A stretch of 64,000 bases of DNA, from assembly GCA_050179755.1 (NCBI GenBank), contig JBFXEV010000001.1:873994-937993 (forward strand). Reading direction: 5' to 3'. Origin of the DNA: Candidatus Babeliales bacterium (GTDB lineage Bacteria; Babelota; Babeliae; Babelales; JBFXEV01). Below the pieces are notes generated by a model. The model was not told the DNA's origin. It saw nothing but the letters and a program-made list of their open reading frames with translations, and ran no database searches. Position numbers and translations under genes: made by a program. Shown here piece by piece: positions 34,611-44,601 of the stretch. Every line of letters starts with the position of its first letter. Position 1 is the first letter of the stretch.

Positions 34611-35189
34611 ATGATTATTGTGGTTGATGGCTATAACGTGCTTAAGTTGGTGCACAAGTCAAAAAACATTGGAGAATCAGTAAGATCACAGTTTTTGAAG
34701 CAGCTTGCAGCTTATGGTAAACAGAGAGGTCATACGCTAGTGCTTGTTTTTGACGGTGGCCCTTATGATATGAGCACGTTTGAGCGCCTTGGCCAAGCAA
34801 CCGTGGTGTATGTTGGTTATCGCGAGACTGCCGATGATTATATAAAAAGATACCTTACTGAACATCGCAATAGAGAAATAGTGCTGGTAACGCACGATAG
34901 AGATTTGGTTAGCTTTGCGTCTCAATTGGATATACCAACGATAGGTGTATGGCTATTTTATGAAAAAGTGCTTAAAAAAGAAGTGCAGTATGGCGTGCAA
35001 CCTCCGCCGGTAAAGGGGCAGGCTCATAAGTTGCATCCTGAGGAAGTTGATGCCGAATTAGATGCAATGCTTGAACAAGCTGATATACTAGAAAAAGTTG
35101 AGTATGAGCCTTCAAGTGATCGAGCGCAGTATGGCAAAAAGCAATCAAAAGAGAAAAAATCGCTTGAGACGCTCTTAAAGAAATTATAA
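34611..35189 (+). CDS. NYN/YacP-like (Rae1-type) RNase domain protein
   Basis: IVVDGYNV, LVFDG, TADDYI, VTHDRDL. Confidence 0.8.
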   Translation: MIIVVDGYNVLKLVHKSKNIGESVRSQFLKQLAAYGKQRGHTLVLVFDGGPYDMSTFERLGQATVVYVGYRETADDYIKRYLTEHRNREIVLVTHDRDLVSFASQLDIPTIGVWLFYEKVLKKEVQYGVQPPPVKGQAHKLHPEEVDAELDAMLEQADILEKVEYEPSSDRAQYGKKQSKEKKSLETLLKKL

Positions 35190-35190
35190 G

Positions 35191-35625
35191 ATGGAAAAAG
35201 ATACCACACTACGATTTGGCTTAGATCAAATTGAGCACGTAGCTGATTTTTTATATGCATTGAGGGATCACTGCAAAGTGTATGCTTTTAAAGGCACGCT
35301 TGGTGCGGGTAAAACAACGCTTTCTCAAAAGCTGTTGCGCCGATTTGGGGTAGAGGGCGTGATAACGAGTCCTACGTTTACCTATGTAAATATGTATCAT
35401 CTTAACGATGGTACGGTGTTGTATCATTTTGATTTGTATAGAATCAATTCTGTAGATGAATTTGTGCTCAGCGGTTTTAATGAGTATCTCTATCAACCAA
35501 ATAGTTGGGCACTTATTGAGTGGCCCGAAGTAATTGAGCCACTTTTGATGCGCCACGTAGTTGAAGCTACGCTTGCATATGAAGATGAGCATACGCGTGA
35601 GCTCAAAGTTAAAGTACTTAATTAA
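35191..35625 (+). CDS. tsaE: tRNA t6A biosynthesis ATPase
   Basis: GTLGAGKTT, SPTF, HFDLYR, IEWP. Confidence 0.95.
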   Translation: MEKDTTLRFGLDQIEHVADFLYALRDHCKVYAFKGTLGAGKTTLSQKLLRRFGVEGVITSPTFTYVNMYHLNDGTVLYHFDLYRINSVDEFVLSGFNEYLYQPNSWALIEWPEVIEPLLMRHVVEATLAYEDEHTRELKVKVLN

Positions 35626-35638
35626 GTTATGAGTCTTT

Positions 35639-35866
35639 ATGGGAAATTGTCCAAATAAAAAAGATGGTGCGTGTTGCCAGCAAAATAACGATGATTACTT
35701 AGTTTGTACCTGTATGGGGGTTATGCATTCCGAGATTATTGAAGCGATTCATGCTGGGGCACGAGACTTTCAGGCACTCCAGGATCAATTGATGGTAGGC
35801 ACAGGTTGCTCAAGCTGTGTTGCCGAGATTATGGAAATCTTGGCTCAATGTGCAAAAAAAGATTAG
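35639..35866 (+). CDS. BFD-like (2Fe-2S)-binding protein
   Basis: VCTCMGV ... GTGCSSC. Confidence 0.8.
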   Translation: MGNCPNKKDGACCQQNNDDYLVCTCMGVMHSEIIEAIHAGARDFQALQDQLMVGTGCSSCVAEIMEILAQCAKKD

Positions 35867-35874
35867 AAAAATAG

Positions 35875-35903
35875 TTGCAAAACGGAGAAAAAACTTCTAT
35901 TCT
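35875..35903 (+). promoter_or_regulatory. Putative promoter of the tRNA cluster
   Basis: TTGCAA-17 bp-TATTCT. Confidence 0.45.
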
Positions 35904-35959
35904 ATACAGCAGTACTACGGTACACGCTCGTGGATAGTAAATTATTTTTTGACATCATT

Positions 35960-36044
35960 GGCGAGATTCCCGAGCGGTCAAAGGGGACGGACTGTAAATC
36001 CGTTGGTTATGCCTTCGAAGGTTCGAATCCTTCTCTCGCCACCA
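35960..36044 (+). tRNA. tRNA-Tyr(GTA)
   Basis: Cloverleaf with long variable arm; loop CTGTAAA. Confidence 0.96.
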
Positions 36045-36313
36045 GTCTTTGCTCCTTACGTCGCAAATTCTGGCACTTCTAGGGAATTTACTTATTAATA
36101 AAAAGTAGGTTTCTATGGAAAGAGCAAAGACTGCCCAAATTCGCCGTCTGGTATGAGTTTGCCGAAAGGCAAAGGCGAAGAGGCAAAGACGGGCCAACCG
36201 ATTGAAAATATGGCAGCTTCCCATAACGAAGACTGGCAAGCCACGATAAAAATTATTTGTTCACTGAAATTTCAAGTTTAGAGCGGTAACTGGCCACATA
36301 ATGCAATTTATGT

Positions 36314-36390
36314 GCGGGAATAGCTCAATTGGCTAGAGCGACAGCCTTCCAAGCTGTAGGTTGCGGGTTCGAGTCCCGTTTCCCGCTCCA
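36314..36390 (+). tRNA. tRNA-Gly(TCC)
   Basis: Loop CTTCCAA; CCA end. Confidence 0.96.
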
Positions 36391-36484
36391 TTGAAAGCCG
36401 CACCCTTTCCACAACCGCTCGTCCCGGGCGCAAAGCAGGGTGAGTGTGATTGACAGGGATATTATCCCTCTTTGAAAAAGTTAA

Positions 36485-36560
36485 GCTGGCGTAGCTCAGT
36501 TGGTAGAGCAGCTGATTTGTAATCAGCAGGTCGTGGGTTCGAATCCGACCGCCAGCTCCA
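36485..36560 (+). tRNA. tRNA-Thr(TGT)
   Basis: Loop TTTGTAA; CCA end. Confidence 0.95.
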
Positions 36561-36562
36561 CT

Positions 36563-36623
36563 CGCCATCGCTCCTCTGGAGCTAAGGCGTAGTGCCACGC
36601 AATAGCGCTTTGCGCGACGGCGG
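36563..36623. repeat. tRNA-adjacent palindromic repeat pair
   Basis: 36596-36623 is the reverse complement of 48767-48794 at 26/28 nt. Confidence 0.7.
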
Positions 36624-36751
36624 GCAGTCTCTACAGCTGCTGTGGCGCGATTTTTACGCCCTGGAGTTGGCATAGTGCAAAAAAACGCTGATTTATTTGT
36701 GTTTTTGGTTTTTTTTATTTATTCTAAATGAAGTACTCTAGAAGAGTTAAG

Positions 36752-36827
36752 GCCCACGTAGCTCAGCAGGTAGAGCACTTCCTTGGTAAGGGAGAGGTCG
36801 CCGGTTCAAACCCGGTCGCGGGCTCCA
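36752..36827 (+). tRNA. tRNA-Thr(GGT)
   Basis: Loop TTGGTAA; CCA end. Confidence 0.95.
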
Positions 36828-36896
36828 TAAGGTTACAAAAATTTATCTATACACTCCGTCTTTGTTTAAAGCAAATTCGGACAAGAGTTCACAAGC

Positions 36897-37058
36897 ATGG
36901 CAAAGAAAAAACGGGTGTCAACACACCTTTCCTGTAACGACTGTAAAGAGCGTAATTACACCCAAGCTGTTTCGGGCAAAAGAACTGTTGGTTCTTTGCG
37001 CTTGAGCAAGTATTGTTCGCGTTGCAGAAAGCATAGTGAGCATAAAGAAACTAAGTAA
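36897..37058 (+). CDS. rpmG: 50S ribosomal protein L33 (Zn-ribbon type)
   Basis: Translated by hand: [21 protein letters not shown]...[16 protein letters not shown]; below the ORF-track cutoff. Confidence 0.93.
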   Translation: MAKKKRVSTHLSCNDCKERNYTQAVSGKRTVGSLRLSKYCSRCRKHSEHKETK

Positions 37059-37063
37059 AAAAA

Positions 37064-37138
37064 AGGCCAGTGGCGCAATGGCAGCGCAGCAGACTCCAAA
37101 TCTGAAGGTTGGGGGTTCAAGTCCCTCCTGGCCTGCCA
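37064..37138 (+). tRNA. tRNA-Trp(CCA)
   Basis: Loop CTCCAAA; G73; CCA end; conserved position before secE. Confidence 0.95.
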
Positions 37139-37184
37139 AAGCTTAGGTGTACCAACGTACGGTAATATAAAATTATGTGGTGGT

Positions 37185-37373
37185 ATGATGAAAAGTATGC
37201 AAACATTTTTGCAAGAAGTTAAACTTGAATTTTCTAAGATAATCTGGCCAAAGCCTGAGGCATTGGTTGGAGCTCTTGTGGTGGTATTAATTTTAGTTCT
37301 AGCCTTTTCTTTGTATATTGGTGCAATCGACTTTATATTTTATAAAGCGATTAATTACATTTTAAGTGTCTAG
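37185..37373 (+). CDS. secE: Preprotein translocase SecE
   Basis: EFSKIIWP plus one TM; synteny. Confidence 0.92.
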   Translation: MMKSMQTFLQEVKLEFSKIIWPKPEALVGALVVVLILVLAFSLYIGAIDFIFYKAINYILSV

Positions 37374-37402
37374 CAAGTGATAGTGTTCGGGACAATTGGT
37401 TT

Positions 37403-37924
37403 ATGAAACGATGGTATGTAGTTCAAATTTATGCAGGCTATGAAACGGCTTTAGTAGCAGATCTTGAGCGCCGCATTAAACAAGCGGGGCTTGAAGAGCT
37501 TTTTGGCCAAATTTTAGTTCCATCGGTTCAAGCCCAAAAAGCGTTTGGTGCTGCCTCTACTCAAGGTGAGCAGCAACTATTTCCCGGGTATTTACTTATC
37601 GAAATGGTACCTGAACAAGAAGCAATACGGTTGGTACAAGCTTCTCCCCGTGTTGTTCGCTTTCTTGGTGGAAAAAATCCAACACCGATATCTCAGCAAG
37701 AAGTAGATAGAGTACTATCGCAGCTTAAAGGCGAAGTGATAGTTGCACCTAAAGCAAGTAATTTTGTGGAAGGCAGCGAAATCGAAATTAACGAAGGTCC
37801 TTTTGCAGGCTTTGTTGGGATAATAGAAAGCGTGGATGATGAACATGAGCGCATTACGGTTATGGTGAGTATTTTTGGCCGTATGACTCCGGTTGATCTT
37901 GGATTTAATCAAGTAAAACAGTAA
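37403..37924 (+). CDS. nusG: Transcription factor NusG
   Basis: WYVVQ, FPGY, GPFAGF, IFGR.TPV. Confidence 0.96.
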   Translation: MKRWYVVQIYAGYETALVADLERRIKQAGLEELFGQILVPSVQAQKAFGAASTQGEQQLFPGYLLIEMVPEQEAIRLVQASPRVVRFLGGKNPTPISQQEVDRVLSQLKGEVIVAPKASNFVEGSEIEINEGPFAGFVGIIESVDDEHERITVMVSIFGRMTPVDLGFNQVKQ

Positions 37925-37950
37925 CAAACTTTTAGCTAACTGGATTTGGA

Positions 37951-38373
37951 ATGGCCAAAGCAATAAAAACAATAGTGAAATTACAAATTCCTGCTGGCGC
38001 TGCAACACCTGCTCCTCCAGTAGGTACTGCTCTTGGGCCCCATGGTATTAACATGATGGGATTTTGTAAAGATTTCAACGCAAGAAGTGCTAGTCGTAAA
38101 GGTGAAACAGTTCCTGTTGAGGTGACGATTTATGTGGATCGTTCATTCGATTTTATTCTTAAAACGGCTCCAACTTCAGAAATGATTCGCAAAAGATTAA
38201 ATCTTTCTAAGGGTTCATCTAAACCTAATACTGAAAAAGTGGGTAAACTTTCTTGGGCTGATATAGAAGAGATTGCAAAGGTAAAATTACCTGACTTGAA
38301 CGCTCTTGATATGGAACAAGCTAAAAAGATTGTTGCCGGTACTGCGCGCAGTATGGGTGTTGACGTCATTTAA
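37951..38373 (+). CDS. rplK: 50S ribosomal protein L11
   Basis: ATPAPPVG, GTARSMG. Confidence 0.97.
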   Translation: MAKAIKTIVKLQIPAGAATPAPPVGTALGPHGINMMGFCKDFNARSASRKGETVPVEVTIYVDRSFDFILKTAPTSEMIRKRLNLSKGSSKPNTEKVGKLSWADIEEIAKVKLPDLNALDMEQAKKIVAGTARSMGVDVI

Positions 38374-38389
38374 TGATAAGGTATACGGT

Positions 38390-39088
38390 ATGAAACACCG
38401 CGGAAAAAAATATAAAGCATCGCGTGCGCAAGTTGCGTCCCGCGTTATTGTGCCATTAAAACAGGCGGTTGATCAACTTAAAAAGGTTGCATTTGCTAAG
38501 TTTGATGAATCAGTAGACGTGGTATTGCGCCTTGGCATTGACCCAGCAAAGGGTGAACAAGCGGTGCGTGGATCAGTTATTCTGCCAGCTGGTACTGGTA
38601 AAAAAGTAAAAGTCTTGGTGTTTGCCAAAGGTGAGCATGCACATGCTGCTCAGCAAGTTGGTGCTGACTATGTTGGCTCAGAAGATTTAATTGAAAAGAT
38701 TGAAGGTGGGTGGATTGACTTCACTTACGCCGTTGCTACTCCCGATATGATGGGTAAAGTTGGTAAATTAGCAAAGATTCTCGGGCCTCGAGGTCTTTTG
38801 CCTAACCAAAAGCTTGGTACGGTGACTTTTGATGTTGCACCAATTGTGCAAGACCTTAAGAGTGGCCGAATCTTTTTTAAGAATGATAAGCAAGGCGACG
38901 TGCATGTAACGCTTGGTAAAGTTTCCTTTGATGCACCGAAACTGCAAGAAAACATTGTAGCCTTCTTAAAAGCGCTTGCGGCTTCTCGCCCTGCAAAGGC
39001 AAAAGGTAAGTTTTTAAAGAGCATGACTATTACTTCTACTATGGGCCCGGGTATTACCGTCAGTCCAGATGAAGTAGTGGCTGTGTGA
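38390..39088 (+). CDS. rplA: 50S ribosomal protein L1
   Basis: KFDESVD, LGPRGLLPN, STMGPG; start re-called at MKHRGKK. Confidence 0.96.
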   Translation: MKHRGKKYKASRAQVASRVIVPLKQAVDQLKKVAFAKFDESVDVVLRLGIDPAKGEQAVRGSVILPAGTGKKVKVLVFAKGEHAHAAQQVGADYVGSEDLIEKIEGGWIDFTYAVATPDMMGKVGKLAKILGPRGLLPNQKLGTVTFDVAPIVQDLKSGRIFFKNDKQGDVHVTLGKVSFDAPKLQENIVAFLKALAASRPAKAKGKFLKSMTITSTMGPGITVSPDEVVAV

Positions 39089-39109
39089 CGTGAATAAGGG
39101 TTAACGATT

Positions 39110-39631
39110 ATGAATCGCCAAGAAAAAGAACAAGTTATTTCGACACTTAAGCACGACTTTAATGATAGCCAAGCTGCATTCTTAGTTTCCTATCAAGGTC
39201 TAGATGTAGTTCAAATGAGTAACTTGCGCCATGCTCTCCGCGAAAAAGGTGGAACATGCAAGGTTGCTAAAGTAACTCTTATGCGGCGCGGTATTGAGCA
39301 AGTGCCAGAAGTTGCACAGCTTGAACCGTTTGTAAAAGACCAAGTTGCACTTGTGTTTGCGCATAATGAACCTGCATCTATTGCAAAAGTTCTTTTAAAC
39401 TTTGCAAAAGATAATGAAAAGCTGCAACTTGTTGCAGGCTGTTATGAATCACAATTACTTGATGCAAAAGCTATAAAAGCACTTGCAACATTACCATCAA
39501 AAGAGGTATTGCTTGGTCAAGTGTGTGGTTTATTGCAAGCTCCTGCTACGGGCATTGCATGTTCAATGAACGCAGTTATGAGACAGTTGCTTGTGGCTAT
39601 TACTAAAGTGGCTGAAAAACAAGCAAATTAG
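39110..39631 (+). CDS. rplJ: 50S ribosomal protein L10
   Basis: LATLPSKE; synteny. Confidence 0.93.
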   Translation: MNRQEKEQVISTLKHDFNDSQAAFLVSYQGLDVVQMSNLRHALREKGGTCKVAKVTLMRRGIEQVPEVAQLEPFVKDQVALVFAHNEPASIAKVLLNFAKDNEKLQLVAGCYESQLLDAKAIKALATLPSKEVLLGQVCGLLQAPATGIACSMNAVMRQLLVAITKVAEKQAN

Positions 39632-39712
39632 TAAATAAGAGAATGCTGTGTTGAAGCACAGTACGTAGAATTATATTGGTACATTAGAATTTTTAAATCT
39701 TTTGGAGTTGAC

Positions 39713-40099
39713 ATGGCTGCAAAGTCTCAAGAAAACTTAATCGAACAAATTGGTAGCTTAACATTAATGGAAGCTGCAGAGCTTGTAAAAGCGCTTGAAG
39801 TAAAATTTGGCGTTTCTGCTGCTGCTCCTGCCGCTGTTGCTGCTCCTGCTGCTGCCGCTGCTGCAGCTCCTGCTGAAGCTGAAGTTAAAGCTGAATATAA
39901 AGTTACTTTGACTGATAAAGGTGCCAAGCCAATCGACGTTATCAAAGTTGTGAAAACGCGAACTGGTTTAGGTTTAACAGAAGCTAAAAAAGCAGTGGAC
40001 AATGCTCCAACTGTTTTAAGCGAATCTATGCCTAAAGATGAAGCACAAAAAATGAAAGCTGAAATTGAAGCCGCTGGCGGAAAAGTAGAGCTTGCATAA
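39713..40099 (+). CDS. rplL: 50S ribosomal protein L7/L12
   Basis: Ala-rich hinge; GLGLTEAK. Confidence 0.96.
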   Translation: MAAKSQENLIEQIGSLTLMEAAELVKALEVKFGVSAAAPAAVAAPAAAAAAAPAEAEVKAEYKVTLTDKGAKPIDVIKVVKTRTGLGLTEAKKAVDNAPTVLSESMPKDEAQKMKAEIEAAGGKVELA

Positions 40100-40278
40100 T
40101 TAGTAGTTTTTGGGTGTCATTCTATCCACCTTTTTTGTTCTTAAAGAACAATTGAAAGGATAGATTATTTGCCATCTTATTTGTAGATCGTAGAGCGATA
40201 TGCAAAAAAGATGTGCAATAATTTTATGGGGTAGGGTCACTGTATTTTTTGATGTATTGATGTAGGAGGAACAACTGG

Positions 40279-43200
40279 ATGTCTAGCCTTTCAGGCAAAT
40301 GTGTTATTCGTAGATCATTTGGAAAGCGAAAGGATGTTGTTCCTGTTCCCGATTTGATTGGGATTCAGTCGCGTTCATTCAATGAGTTTGTTCAATTGGA
40401 CATGCTGCCAGAGGAGCGTGTTGCTCTAGGTTTGCAAAAGGTATTTCGTGATATCTTTCCTGTGGATTTTGAGGATAAGCTTTCTCTTGAGTTTGTCAGC
40501 TACGAATTGGGGCATTGGTCATGTACGTGTGGTAAACTAGCTGGTATTAATAATCGCTATACGTGGAACTGTTCTTCTTGTAAGAAGTCAGGAACATCGC
40601 GACTTGATGCTCAGTGTACTTGCACGTATTGCAACAAAAAAACTGCTTCCTACATCACATGCTCTAACTGTTTATCACGAGTGAGTCTGCAATTGCCATT
40701 AACTCTTGAAGAGTGTAGGTCAAGCGGACAAACTTTTGCTATGCCGTTAAAAGTTAAGATACAGTTGATTAACTGGGATATTGATGACAAAGGCAACAAA
40801 GTTGTTCGCGACATTAAAGAACAGGTTATTTATTTTGCAGATATGCCTGTAATGGCTGATCTGTATGAAGAAGACAACGTATTTAAGCTTGGTAGCACGG
40901 GGACTTTTCTTATAAATGGTGTTGATCGTGTGGTGGTTAGTCAATTACACCGTTCTCCTGGTGTAGTGTTTGGCCAAAGCAAAAAGATCAAAGACGTTCG
41001 CGGTCGCCCGTATTACCTTGCCCGTATTATTCCTATGCGTGGTTCATGGCTTGATTTTGAATTTGATAGTAACGATTTACTTTATGTACGCATCGATAAA
41101 AAGAAAAAGATGCTTGTTACTACGTTCTTGCAGGCTCTTGGCATTGCACGGGATAAAATTATTTCTCAATTTTATAAGATTCAGACTATCACCGTTGAAA
41201 AAGGCGGCTTTTTTGTACCAGCAGATAAGACCGCTGTAGGTCTTCGTATTGAAAAAGATATGCTGCCTCAAGGATCTGTAGATTCGCTCATCGGTAGCCG
41301 AATTACTGATAGTGTGTTGTCTAAATTGCAAAAAGAGAAAATAACACGATTAGAGCTTAACAAGGCAAACTTGGTAGGGCGTGTTCTTGCTGCAGATGTA
41401 ATTGATCCGCAAACGGGTGAATTGCTTGCAAGTCAAGGGCAAGTCTTTGCGCAAGAGCAATTTGACCAATTTTCTAAAGCTTCTGGCTTGTCATTTGATC
41501 TTATTGCATCGTCTGGCTATGTTATTCAGCCTTCTATTGCGTTAACATTAACGCATGATAAATGCCATTCACTTGATGATGCTATTAAAGAATTACATGC
41601 TAAAATCTGGCCTGGTGATAACGCTTCCTTGCAAGAGGTTCGTGAACGCCTTGAAAATATGCTTTTCAATAGTCGCCTATATGATATGACGCGTGTAGGC
41701 CGTATTCGCATGAACCGTAAGTTGAATTTATCGGTTAATGATGATATTTCGGTGCTTACGCTCGAGGATATTATTGCTTCTATTCGCTATTTAGTTAATT
41801 TACGTGAGCTTGGTGAGGGCGAGTTGGATGATATTGATCATCTTGGTAATCGCCGTGTACGTTTGGTTGGTGAATTGTTAACTAATCAGGTGTATATCGG
41901 TTTGTCGCGAGTTGAGCGTATTATCCGTGAACGCTTCCGTATGCAAGAGCCACAAACAGCATTAATGCCGCAAGACTTCCTTAATGTTAAGCCGTTAAGT
42001 GCTGCATTACGTGAATTCTTTGGTTCAGGCCAATTATCGCAGTTTATTGATCAAACAAACCCATTATCTGAAGTTGCACATAAACGTAGACTTTCAGCTC
42101 TCGGGCCCGGCGGTGTTATGAAAGATAGAGCAACGTTTGAAATACGTGACGTTCATAGTTCTCACTATGGCCGTATTTGCCCTATTGAAACCCCTGAAGG
42201 TCAGACTGTTGGACTTATTTCATCACTTTCTACCTATGCAATGGTAAATGACCTTGGGTTTATTGAAACTGCGTATCGACCGGTAATAAACGGTAAAGTA
42301 AAAGATGAAGTTGTCTTTATGGACGCTTTTGCAGAAAGTGATCAATATATTACGCAAACAGATGCGGTTAATACAAAAACTGATGAAATTCAGGGTGACC
42401 GTGTGGTAGCGCGTCATGAAGGGAACTTCATGTATGTTGATGCTGCAAAAGTTAACTATGTAGACCTTTCAAGCCAACAGCTTGTTTCTGTTTCTACTGC
42501 GCTTATTCCGTTCTTGGAACATGATGACGCGTCTCGTGCGCTTATGGGTTCTAACATGCAACGCCAAGCAGTGCCGCTTATTAAATGTGAAGCGCCACTT
42601 GTTGGTACTGGTATGGAACGTGAAATTTGTAAATCTTCTGGTGCTGCCATTGAGGCAAAGCGGCCGGGGATAGTGCAATACGTATCTTCTGAAAAAATTG
42701 TTGTTCAGGCAGATCGTGATGCGTTTGAAACAGTTGAAGACTGGATTGCGCATGGTATTGATATTTATTATTTGAAAAAATTTAAACGTTCAAGCTATAG
42801 CACGTGGATCCATCAGTCTCCTATCGTTGCACGTGGTGATCATGTGAACGCGGGTGATCTTTTAACCGATGGACCTGCAATTGATTCGGGTGATCTTGCT
42901 TTAGGGTCTAACTTGGTAGTAGCCTTTATGCCATGGCATGGTTACAACTATGAAGATGCTATTGTGCTCTCCAAGCGTTTGGTTACCGATGACGTGTTAA
43001 CATCAGTTCATATTGATGAATACGTGGTAGACGCGCGAGACACTAAACTTGGGCCTGAAGAAATTACTAAAGATATTCCTAACGTGAGTGAAAAAGCATT
43101 ATCGCATCTTGATGATGATGGTATTGTAAAAATAGGTACGCGAGTGCAACCAGGTGATATCTTGGTTGGTAAGGTAACTCTTAAAGGTGATATTCAGTTT

Positions 43201-44601
43201 TCTCCTGAGGAAAAATTGCTCCGTGCCATCTTTGGTGAAAAGTCTCGTGAAGTACGTGATACTTCCTTGTACGTACCACCTGGGATTGAAGGCACCGTTC
43301 TTGATGTAAAAGTATTCTCTCGTAGCGGTATTCGTAAGGATAAGCGTTACAAAGAAATGGTACGCATTGAGGTTCTCAAATTAGAAGCTGAATATGCAGC
43401 GCATCAAGGTTTCTTGGAACGCATGCTTGGCGAACAAATTAGTGGTTTGCTTGCAGGTCAAGTGCCTGCAGGGCGTCCAGCAGCTAAAGTACTCAACGAC
43501 AAAGTATATGACAAAGCAGCCCTTGAATCACTTGATTTTGAACAATTATCTGCGCTGAAAGCAAAAGATAAAAAAGTTCAGGATCAAATAGATCTTATGG
43601 TTAATACCTTGCAAAACCAGGTCCGTATTATGGAAGGGTTAAAAGAAGAGCGTATTAACAGACTTAAGAAGGGTGATCCGCTTCCATCTGGTGTTATTAA
43701 GATGGTGAAAGTATATATTTCAAGCAAACGTCATATATCAGTTGGTGATAAAGTTGCGGGTCGTCACGGTAATAAAGGTGTGGTATCAATAATTGTGCCA
43801 CGCGAAGATATGCCGTATATGGATGATGGAACTCCTGCTGATATCGTATTGAACCCGCTAGGTGTTCACTCTCGTATGAACGTTGGTCAGATTATTGAAA
43901 CTGCCCTCGGGTGGGCTGGCCGCACTATGGGTGAACGATTTGAAGCAGCGCTTAAAGATCAAAGCAACAAACTTGTCAAAAAGTATCTTGAAGATTACTT
44001 TGGCGCTGATTTGATTGCTGATTACCAAAAAGCACATGGTGTAGATGGTTTGATTGAACTTGCACAGCACACTGCAAAAACAGGTGTTCACTTTGAATCG
44101 CCTGTGTTTGATGGTGCATCATTTGATGGTGACGTGCAGCCACTACTTAAGAGCCTTGAGTTACCAACTTCCGATTCATTTATGATTCGTGATGGTAGAA
44201 CGGGAGAATATTTTGATCAGCCTGTAACGGTAGGATCATTGTATATTCTTAAGTTAAACCATATGGTTGATGATAAGCTCCATGCCCGATCAGTTGGACC
44301 GTACTCCTTGGTAACGCAGCAGCCACTTGGTGGTAAAGCGCAAATGGGTGGCCAGCGATTTGGTGAAATGGAAATGTGGGCGCTTGAAGCATATGGTGCT
44401 GCATACACCCTACAAGAAATGTTGACATATAAATCAGATGACGTAAATGGTCGCCATAAGGTCTATGAAGCTATTGTTCGTGGAGATGAAGTACCTGAAC
44501 CAGGGTTACCAGAATCGTTCAACGTGTTAGTAAAAGAGCTTCAAAGTTTAGGCTTACAAATAGACTTGTTCAAAGGCGGCAAGGAGGAAGTCGGTGAATA
44601 A
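40279..44601 (+). CDS. rpoB: RNA polymerase beta subunit
   Basis: CPIETPEG, GDKVAGRHGNKG, GGQRFGEME. Confidence 0.99.
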   Translation: MSSLSGKCVIRRSFGKRKDVVPVPDLIGIQSRSFNEFVQLDMLPEERVALGLQKVFRDIFPVDFEDKLSLEFVSYELGHWSCTCGKLAGINNRYTWNCSSCKKSGTSRLDAQCTCTYCNKKTASYITCSNCLSRVSLQLPLTLEECRSSGQTFAMPLKVKIQLINWDIDDKGNKVVRDIKEQVIYFADMPVMADLYEEDNVFKLGSTGTFLINGVDRVVVSQLHRSPGVVFGQSKKIKDVRGRPYYLARIIPMRGSWLDFEFDSNDLLYVRIDKKKKMLVTTFLQALGIARDKIISQFYKIQTITVEKGGFFVPADKTAVGLRIEKDMLPQGSVDSLIGSRITDSVLSKLQKEKITRLELNKANLVGRVLAADVIDPQTGELLASQGQVFAQEQFDQFSKASGLSFDLIASSGYVIQPSIALTLTHDKCHSLDDAIKELHAKIWPGDNASLQEVRERLENMLFNSRLYDMTRVGRIRMNRKLNLSVNDDISVLTLEDIIASIRYLVNLRELGEGELDDIDHLGNRRVRLVGELLTNQVYIGLSRVERIIRERFRMQEPQTALMPQDFLNVKPLSAALREFFGSGQLSQFIDQTNPLSEVAHKRRLSALGPGGVMKDRATFEIRDVHSSHYGRICPIETPEGQTVGLISSLSTYAMVNDLGFIETAYRPVINGKVKDEVVFMDAFAESDQYITQTDAVNTKTDEIQGDRVVARHEGNFMYVDAAKVNYVDLSSQQLVSVSTALIPFLEHDDASRALMGSNMQRQAVPLIKCEAPLVGTGMEREICKSSGAAIEAKRPGIVQYVSSEKIVVQADRDAFETVEDWIAHGIDIYYLKKFKRSSYSTWIHQSPIVARGDHVNAGDLLTDGPAIDSGDLALGSNLVVAFMPWHGYNYEDAIVLSKRLVTDDVLTSVHIDEYVVDARDTKLGPEEITKDIPNVSEKALSHLDDDGIVKIGTRVQPGDILVGKVTLKGDIQFSPEEKLLRAIFGEKSREVRDTSLYVPPGIEGTVLDVKVFSRSGIRKDKRYKEMVRIEVLKLEAEYAAHQGFLERMLGEQISGLLAGQVPAGRPAAKVLNDKVYDKAALESLDFEQLSALKAKDKKVQDQIDLMVNTLQNQVRIMEGLKEERINRLKKGDPLPSGVIKMVKVYISSKRHISVGDKVAGRHGNKGVVSIIVPREDMPYMDDGTPADIVLNPLGVHSRMNVGQIIETALGWAGRTMGERFEAALKDQSNKLVKKYLEDYFGADLIADYQKAHGVDGLIELAQHTAKTGVHFESPVFDGASFDGDVQPLLKSLELPTSDSFMIRDGRTGEYFDQPVTVGSLYILKLNHMVDDKLHARSVGPYSLVTQQPLGGKAQMGGQRFGEMEMWALEAYGAAYTLQEMLTYKSDDVNGRHKVYEAIVRGDEVPEPGLPESFNVLVKELQSLGLQIDLFKGGKEEVGE

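Noticed and set aside
36485..36827. Single mismatches in the tRNA-Thr stems (G:G in the T-stem, A:C in the acceptor stem)
   Set aside because: Isolated mismatches are tolerated in tRNAs; no basis for calling pseudogenes or editing.
36828..36896. Absence of tuf between tRNA-Thr and rpmG
   Set aside because: Common in genomes with a single tuf in the str operon; no remnant visible.
35817..37139. ORFs 35817..36098, 35955..36239, 36308..36673, 36728..36937, 36918..37139
   Set aside because: They overlap tRNA genes or rpmG; shadow ORFs.
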